64,000 nt of DNA from Eledone cirrhosa (lineage: Eukaryota). The notes beneath the pieces were generated by a model. It searched no databases. It was not told the DNA's origin and saw only the letters and a list, made by a program, of their open reading frames with translations. Position 1 is the stretch's first letter, and the number at the start of each line of letters is the position of its first letter. This document shows positions 55,026-64,000 of the stretch, piece after piece. Both the position numbers and the translations under genes were made by a program. Where the stretch lies: NCBI GenBank assembly GCA_964016885.1, contig OZ024759.1:31186001-31250000 (forward strand). The letters run 5' to 3'.

Positions 55026-56391
55026 GCGTCAAATTAAGGGAATAAAAACAGCTGTTGAATCCCCCTCCCTATAGAACATATGACAAGGACTGTCTATTTC
55101 CATGAGCTAGTTAACATTTTCTGTCCATACTTCTCCTTTCTATCTGAACAATATTTAAACTGACAGCAGTGACACATCCACCATTGGTTCACAAAATACT
55201 TTGAAAAAAACATACTTGTTACAATAAATCAACATGAAATAAACACGAAAAATGGTCTCTCTCTCTCTATATATATATATACACACATATATATTCATAT
55301 ATGTCTCTCTCCCCTTACTCTCTCTCTATCTCTGTCTTTTCGCACTCTCTGCCCGCCTCTACCTATTTATCTATGTACATAAAATACTCACAAATAAGCA
55401 ATTATGTTTACCAGGAGAAAAAACTTTAAATCGAAACAAAAGAACTCAGATGACAATCCAATCGAAAATTCAGAAAAAAATGAAATAATAATATTAATGT
55501 TAATAATAATGGTTTATGGTTTAGGCACAAGGCCAGCAATTTTGGGGGGTGAAAGGGAAAGTCAATTAAATCGACCCCAGTGAATTACTGGTACTGTAAG
55601 GATGAAAGGCAAAGCTAACCTCGGAGGGATTTGAACTCAGAACGTAAATTTATGGCCTGTTAAGCTCTGTGCTCAAATCCCACCGAAGTCAACTTTACCC
55701 TTCATCCATTTGAGTTTGATAATAAAAAGTACCAGTCTAGGTTGATTCTTCCTATATACATTTTTTCTCACTTCCATTCTATAAAAAAAAAAAAACCACT
55801 CAGCCCACACTGTAAAAAGCACCCAGCCCACACTGTAAAGTGGACATGTAAAAGAGACAGCAAAAAGCACCCAGCCCACACTATAAAAAGCACCCAGCCC
55901 ACACTGTAAAAAGCACCCAGCCCACACTGTAAAATGGACATGTAAAAGACACGGCAAAAAGCACCCTGCACACACTATCAATGCGGTTAGCATTAGGAAG
56001 GGCATCCAACCATAGAAAACCAGCCAGAACCAACCCTATATGAGCGAGATACGGTCACCCGACCCAGCTTGCCTCTAAATGGGACCCGTCTAACCCATGC
56101 TAGCATGGAAGATAGACATTAATCGATGACGATGATGATGAGGATGATGAAGATTCTCTCACTCTTTAAATCTGTTGTGTCAGGACCAACATTGACTCAA
56201 ATGCTGAGTACTAAAAGCAAAATAAAGATTTTGTTTTATCTGAACAAGGTGAATTCCTAACGAGAAAATTTTACCAAAATATAATATCAAATCATTAAAA
56301 AAATATGAAAGTCAAAGAACCGATGATCTGAGTAGAGCAGGGAAACGAGGTCTCCTTTGATCTTTTCATTGCTGGTACTATATTATCAGTG

Positions 56392-57842
56392 TCATCATCA
56401 TCATCATCATCACTATATACTATGATCATCATCATCATCACTATATACTATCATCATCATCATCATCACTATATACCATCATCATCATCATCACTATATA
56501 CCATCATCATCATCATCATCACTATATACTATGATCATCATCATCATCACTATATACTATGATCATCATCATCATCACTATCATCATTTTAATTATCCTT
56601 TTCATCACTATCATTCATCATCAATGCCATCATCATCATCACTGTCATCATCATCATCATAAATATCATCATCCTCATCACTATCACCATCATCATCATC
56701 ACCATCATAACCATCATCATCATCATCATCATCATCAGCATCACCATCATCAGTGCCACCAGTATAATCATCATCATCTTCCTCATCACTATAATCATCA
56801 TCATCACAACCATCATCACCACCACCACTATCATCATCATCATCATCACAATCATCATCATCACAATCATCATCATCACTGCCACCACTATCATCACCAT
56901 CACCATCACAATCACCATCGTCATCATCATCATCATCACAATCCTTATCATCACCACCACCACTATAATCATCATCATCATCACAATCACCATCATCACC
57001 GGCACCGCTATAAACACCATCACCATCACCACCACCACCATCACCATCACCATCACCACCATCATCATCACCATCACCACCGCCACCACTATAAACACCA
57101 CCACCACCACTATAAACACCACCACCACCACTATAAACACCACCACCACCATCATCATCACCATCATCACCGCCACCACTATAAACACCACCACCACCAT
57201 CATCATCACCATCATCACCGCCACCACTATAAACACCACCACCACCATCATCATCACCATCATCACCGCCACCACTATATACACCGCCACCACTATAAAC
57301 ACCACCACCACCATCATCATCACCATCATCACCGCCACCACTATAAACACCACCACCACCATCATCATCACCATCATCACCGCCACCACTATATACACCG
57401 CCACCACTATAAACACCACCACCACCATCATCATCACCATCATCACCGCCACCACTATAAACACCACCACCATCATCACCACCACCACTATAAACACCAC
57501 CACCATCACCACCACCACCACCACCGCCACCACTATAAACACCACCACCACCACCACTATAAACACCACCACCACCACCACCACCACTATAAACACCACC
57601 ACCATCACCACCACCACCACCGCCACCACTATAAACACCACCACCATCACCACCACCACCGCCACCACCGCCACCACTATAAACACCACCACCACCACCA
57701 CCACCGCCACCACTATAAACACCACCACCACTATAAACACCACCACCATCACCACCATCATCACCGCCACCACTATAAACACCACCACCACCACCACCAC
57801 CACCGCCACCACTATAAACACCACCACCACCACCATCATCAT
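56392..57842. repeat. Compound (CAT)n/(CAC)n satellite with higher-order units
   Basis: Gradient from CAT to CAC triplets; recurring CGCCACCACTATAAACACCAC. Confidence 0.95.
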
Positions 57843-58099
57843 CTAATGTAGATATCAATGCATGAGCGAAACTAATGATAGTGGAATAAAACCGCGAAGG
57901 AAGTGATGTATATAATTTTTCAGATATTGAAGTAAAATTTAAAATAGCTGTTTTCAAATATAATTGCTTCGTTAATATACTAATATATTTATAATCAATA
58001 GATCAACAGTCTAATTAACACCAATATTATAACCAGCCATTAATATCATTTATTTTGCTATTAATAACAATTGTAAACTAATATTACAATATATTGACA

Positions 58100-58650
58100 C
58101 GGTAGATTGGCAGTATCGGTAGAGGGTCGGACGCCATGCTTTGCAGCATAGTTACGTCCCTTTACGATCTGAGTTCAAATCCCGCCGAGGTTGACTTTGC
58201 CTTTCATCCTTACGGGGTCGATAAAATAAAGTACCAGTAATGCACTGGGTAATTGCTGGCCTTGTGCCTAAAGTAGAAACAATTATTATCCTCATCATCA
58301 GTGGATTGATAGTATCGGTAGAGGGTTGGATGCCATGCTTTCCAGCAAAGAGTTACGGCCCTTGCCATTCTGAGTTCAAATCCCGCCAGGGTTAGCTTTG
58401 CCTTTCATCCTTACGGGGTCGATAAAATAAAACACCAGAAATGCACTGGTAGAAAGGATAGTCGATTAAATCAACCCCAGTGTATTACTGCTACTTTATT
58501 TTATCGATCATGTAAGGATGAAAGGCAAAGCTAACCTCAGCTGGATTTGAACTCAGAACATAAATTTATGGCCCTTTAAGAACATAAAGGACCATAATTC
58601 TATTCTTGCAAAGTATGGTGTCGGACGCTCTACCTTACTGCCAATTTACC
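58100..58650. mobile_element. Three family-A SINEs (+,+,-)
   Basis: Near-consensus full copy 58100-58290; tail-to-tail pair 58300-58650. Confidence 0.9.
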
Positions 58651-59208
58651 CCCCGAAAAGCAATAACAATAATATGAAATAATATGTAATAAATATGATG
58701 TATTTAATATTGAAATAACCATTAAGAAACCCCTACCTTTTAATGATTGCTATTAAAAGTAATAACAGCAATAACAATTATAAGGTAGGGAATTGCGACT
58801 GGTTATTTCAATATTTAAATGCACCATATTTATTTCACTGTTAATATCTGCCATAATTTGAGAAGATTCATTATTGGTAATTGCTAAGGTATCACAAACA
58901 CTGTTTTCCACTGGATGGTCAGAATTGGTAGAGCGTCGGGGACAAGAAGCATTGCAGTATTTAGATACAAGTTGCTAGGTTCTGAGTTCAAACCCCTAGT
59001 GAAGGCAAATTTGTATTTCATCCTTCCCGGTGTCAACAAATAAAGTACCAGTAAAATGCTGGTGTTGTCATAATCGACTTTCTCATTCCCAGCAAAACAT
59101 GGTTGGCCTTGAGCCTAAATCATTAGATTTATTGCAGAGGTTAAAATTGTGTTACTTTAATTTCAATTCAATGTACACTTATAAAGTTTTTGTTCTTGGG
59201 AAATTTAA

Positions 59209-59429
59209 GCCTTTAGCATTTACATTACTCTATATATACTATTATATTTTCACAGTAAAGGCTTTATCTTACATAATTACTTCACATAGTATCGAATCTA
59301 TGAGATTTTGATATTATTTATTTTGACAACAATACCTTAACATCAGTATGAGTGGCCAGTTACGACCGGTTTGAACAGAAAGAGGTTACAGAATTCTTGC
59401 TGGATATGGCCAATTTAAATGCTAAAGGG
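59209..59429 (+). mobile_element. piggyBac-type MITE (another at 60685-60902, -)
   Basis: TTAA-flanked family sequence. Confidence 0.9.
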
Positions 59430-59522
59430 TTAAATACAAAAGCCTTGAATTCCTAAATCTCGATTTCAATGCGAAAATGAATGAATGAATGAATAAATAA
59501 ATATATATATATATATATACAC

Positions 59523-59561
<39 letters not shown>

Positions 59562-60273
59562 GAATTGATCAAGAAGTTCCTAGACCTAATTTGATTACCA
59601 AGTGAGGTGGAACTCTCCAATTCGGACCAAGGAAACAATGTTTCCATTGGTCTTTCCGTTGCTGATACTCTCAACCAGTTGCAACTCCTGACAGAACTAA
59701 ATAAATATAATGGTTTCTGATTTAAGCACAAGGCCAACAATTTTAGGGGGAAGTGAAAGTTGATTGAATCGACCCCAGTGCACTACTGGTACTTTATTTT
59801 ATCGATCCCATAAGGATGAAAAGTAAAGCTAACCTCGGCGGGATTTGAACTCAAAACATAAAAATACAAAACTCTATGATGCAAAGGATGTTGTCCAAGA
59901 GTCTACCTCCCTAAATAGACATAAAATAAAATAAAATAAAATAAAATAAAATAAAATAACGTCCTTTGTTCACATTTCAAAGGCAGTTAATGTTTCTGAA
60001 GTGTAAAAAGAAAACCTAATCTCATTATTGATATTAGCTTTCATGTATACGTATGTTGTTTATAGCATGAAGCAATTAACAAGCTGCTCATGCTAAGCTA
60101 GTTGAGCTGAGTTCCTTTTCAGGAAATATTAAGGAAATTCGACGGCAACAAGATAGAATCAATAGAATGTTTTTTTTCTTGTTTGCCAATTAGAGACGGA
60201 ATTCAGTTTTGTAACATCCTTAGCATCCTTCATTACTTCTGTTAGTACAGCATCCTGTAAACCTTACTTCTTG

Positions 60274-60304
<31 letters not shown>

Positions 60305-60306
60305 TA

Positions 60307-60660
60307 TATCATCATCATCATCATCATTTTACATCCGCTTTTCCCTCTTGTAAGGGTGAGACGGGTCCTATTCAGCACAGCATCTCTCTACTCATGACGG
60401 TCCTTCGTCGTCACCTCTGTGAGCTTCAGCAATCTGGGGTCTGTTCTCACCACCTCAGCACACGTTTTGGGGGGTCTTCCTTCTACTATATACTAGAGGA
60501 AGACCACGAAAAACATGGGCGGAGGTGGTTAGAGCAGACCTCAGATCATTCAAGCTCAGAGGAGAGGATGGAGGGCCGTGACAAGTGGAGAGATGCTGTG
60601 CTGAATAGGACCCATCCCACCCTTGCAAACTGAAAAGCGGACGTAAAATGATGGTGATGA
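60307..60660. mobile_element. Two RTE 3' ends head-to-head
   Basis: Minus copy 60307-60485 and plus copy 60493-60660, both truncated at the GRPRKTW-coding segment. Confidence 0.85.
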
Positions 60661-61141
60661 TATATCCTGAAAGAATCATGTTAAACCTTTAGCATTCAAA
60701 CCGGTCGTATCCAAACAGAATTCTGTCACCTTTTTATGTCCAAACCAGCCATAACCAGCTGCTCATATTGATGTGAAGGTATTGTTCTCAAAATAAATAA
60801 CATCAAAATCTCATAGATTCGATATTACGTGGGATAGTTGTGTAAGATAAAGCCTTTACCACAAATAATACAATAGTATAGAGTAATGTAAATGGTAAAG
60901 GCTTAAGCCAGGCAGAGCTTATCTCTCTCCAGATCTGAATACAACCAATTTCTTCCAGAGAGAGAGAGACACCCAGTATTGACTTGCTACTTTATTTATC
61001 AATCTTTTATCAATCTCAAGACAATGAAAGATAAAGTTGACCTCGGTTTAATTCAAACTCAGTGCACACTGGATTAGAACAAATAACCCAAGGTATATTT
61101 TATAGAACACACTTAACGTCTCAGCTAGATTTCCACCTTAA

Positions 61142-61583
61142 CCTTTTAGTCTTTAAACCGGCTGTATCCGGCCAAAATTCTCTCACCTCTTTCTGTTCAA
61201 ACTGGCAATAACCAGCTAATCATACTTATGTTAAGGTATTGTTCTCAAAATAAATAATATCAAAATCTCATAGATTCGATGTTATGTGAGATAATTATGT
61301 AAGAAAAAACCCTTACCTTGAAATTACAATAGTAAATATAGAGAAATATAAATGCTAAAGGGTTAAACATTTAGCATTCACATTATTCTATATTTACTGT
61401 TGTAATTTTGTGTTAGAGGCTTTATCTTACATAATATCTCACATAATATCGAATCTATGAGATTTTGATATTTATTTTGAGAACAATACCTTAATATAAG
61501 TATGAGTAGCTTGTTACAGCTGGTTTGAACAGAAAATGGTGAAAGAATTCTGGCCGGATATGACTGGTTTAAATGCTAAAGGG
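61142..61583. mobile_element. Two inverted piggyBac-type MITEs sharing one TTAA
   Basis: 61142-61362(-), TTAA 61363-61366, 61367-61583(+). Confidence 0.9.
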
Positions 61584-62187
61584 TTAAGATGTGGATGTGA
61601 CTCTTGAAAATGATACAAATATTAAACCACTCCATCCTTATGAAACCCTGAATAAATTTTTTATTTTATTTTATTTTTATGTCTCCTAACAAAAAGAAAA
61701 TTGGCGTCGAAGTCAATTAGATTTTGTTGATTCAGTATTTTGATTTGCGAGAAGGGGTAGCGAAGTATATCTTAAAACGGAATTGAATAGATTAATATAG
61801 CTCAGTAATGTATTAATCACGCTATTTTCTGTTAAATATTAATCATAGACGAAATGAATTCTGCTTGCGTGTACAAAACTGTCAGAACTTATATATTTAT
61901 TATTTAAACCCATCACTTAATAAGTCAACTGTTCTAATTAGAGAAATACTAATGATATTAGTAAGGTCATACAGGAAAAATATTCAAACCAATTTGATGA
62001 TAAACTTTCCAACTGAAGGTATTGATTTTTTTTTATTTTATCACATAAATCACGCAGCAACCTTTCACTTATCGATATCACATTAACATATATATACATA
62101 TACATATATATATACACACACATATAAATAAATATATATATACACATATAAATAAATAAATATATATATATACACATAAATAAATAA

Positions 62188-62217
<30 letters not shown>

Positions 62218-62220
<3 letters not shown>

Positions 62221-62834
62221 TATACTTGGGGAGGGTCATATTTGTGTAATAATATTGCCAGAATTAATAACAGAACACACTCACTGTTTGGTTGGTTTTC
62301 GCTTCTGTGTCTTTTATATCAGTTAATTTAATTTATTCGGTCCTCAATGTTACCATTGACTGACCAACGGTCAAAAATACAGATACAATATAGACACAAA
62401 CACATATATATAGTCTAACAAACTTCTTTCGTTGCACATCTGCAACATCGCAGAGAAGACAAAAATAAATAAATAAATAAATAAATAAACAGACTAAATA
62501 AAGATGGCGTAGGCATACAATACAACAGGAGGAAACATAATAGCACCACTGACGATGTTGCAGATGTGCAACGAAAGAACTTTGTTAGACTATATATATG
62601 TATTTGTGTCTATATTGTATCTGTATTTTTGACCGTTGATCAGTCAATGGTAACATTGAGGACCAAATAAATTAAATTAACTGATATAAAAGACACAGAA
62701 GCGAAAACCAACCAAACAGTGAGTGTGTTCTGTTATTAATTCTGGCAATATTGTTACACAAATATGACCCTCCCCAAGTATAACAATATTTGTTTCGACA
62801 CACGATTTCATATCAAAAACCTCGCAAAACTAAT
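62218..62834 (+). mobile_element. Large head-to-head HHR insert in (TA)n
   Basis: ~233-bp arms 62218-62450/62553-62785, tail 62786-62834; single-arm paralog at ~41460-41562. Confidence 0.85.
62541..62588 (+). ncRNA. Type-I hammerhead motif
   Basis: CTGACGA-T-GTTGCA-GATG-TGCAAC-GAAA-GAAC-TT-TGTTAG; strong stem II, imperfect stem I. Confidence 0.65.
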
Positions 62835-62921
62835 ATATATATATGAATATATATATATATGAATATATTTCTATATTAAACATTTTCTATATATATACAT
62901 ATATAAATATCTCTCTCTCTC

Positions 62922-62965
<44 letters not shown>

Positions 62966-62997
62966 CAAGCAGGGAAAAGTGGACGTAAAATGAAATG

Positions 62998-63028
<31 letters not shown>

Positions 63029-64000
63029 TTAAAGGCCGACATCTATATACATTCCATCACTGGTCACAAACAAAATCTCCTAGCAATAAAACTAGAAATG
63101 GTTACTTATGTAAAATATATCTAATTATATATGGCAATAGAGAAACCTCATTAATGCCATATGCAATAGTTACTCCAAGAAATCAATTTATGGAAAGTAG
63201 TTCTGAGTGGTGGAAATTGGCTTCAATTAATGGAATGTAGTATATTGATAAACCCACTGACCTAAAAATAATTGGTAAATGCTTATTTTAAATACCTAAA
63301 CCTAGAGATAATCAGACAAAATTTAATCAACACGTAATGAAGGTGATAATTACAAAACACTAATTATAATTGGATGAAAATGTCAGAATGTATGTTGACA
63401 CATTAGAGTGCCGACTGGAAACTTAATAGGCTGACCGAGATACTCTACGGAATGAGCAAATGAGGTTTATTTTTCAACATAGTCCACAGAAAGAAGGAAT
63501 GCAGTTATTGATAAGAAGGTTTGGAATTAAAGTATCAATCCTTCATACTCAGCCTATGAACTTTTCAGTCCACCTTCATATAGTCGAATGATGAAAATAA
63601 GAGTTTAATGCCGGATAAAACACTGAGAATCAGTCCTCAAGATGTAAATTAAATGGTGACTTTTACAATAAATAGTATTTGATATTCATATATGACCATG
63701 TCTTTAAGGGATTCAATTTGTACAACCTTGGGCAAGATTTTCTGCTAATCTCGGATTGACCAATGTGTTGTTAGTAGAATATGACAGGGAAATTATGGGA
63801 AAGTCACTTGCTTGTATGGATTGTAATGTTTCTGTAAGTCTTCAAAAGTAAAAGAACCATTCATTAGGTTAAGCTCTACCATACTAGAAAGTATGGAATA
63901 ATGACAGGAAGGGTATCCGACTTTTGTAGCGCCTTGGGCAAGTTTTGCTTTTTTGCTATGGCCTAGAATTGAACAACGCCTTGTTAGTGGAATATAGCAA

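Noticed and set aside
63020-63760. Possible decayed RT fragment
   Set aside because: Only vague motif similarity (NLINAI...SEW); too degenerate to call

Overview
AT-rich, repeat-saturated animal nuclear DNA. It is most likely an octopod cephalopod, inferred from a mitochondrial nad1 NUMT, the SINE types and the huge (TA)n/(CA)n arrays. No host protein-coding gene is recognisable; most ORF-track entries are microsatellite artefacts. Content: dozens of tRNA-head SINEs, RTE, CR1/L2, R4/Dong-like and L1/Tx1-like LINE fragments, a deleted DD37D (maT) transposon, eight TTAA piggyBac-type MITEs, two Tc2/pogo-type MITEs, two non-autonomous Helitrons, a nad1 NUMT and several minisatellites. Most notable: the (TA)n arrays are studded with short non-coding inserts from several unrelated families that carry type-I hammerhead ribozyme (HHR) motifs (about 6 near-complete, about 9 degenerate). 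They often form head-to-head hairpins with one longer 3' tail, consistent with non-autonomous Penelope-like element (pLTR) or retrozyme-like insertions. Unusual variants include HHRs with an 80-100 nt stem II and one with a compensatory U3-A8 core pair. All structures were read by eye and no activity is demonstrated.
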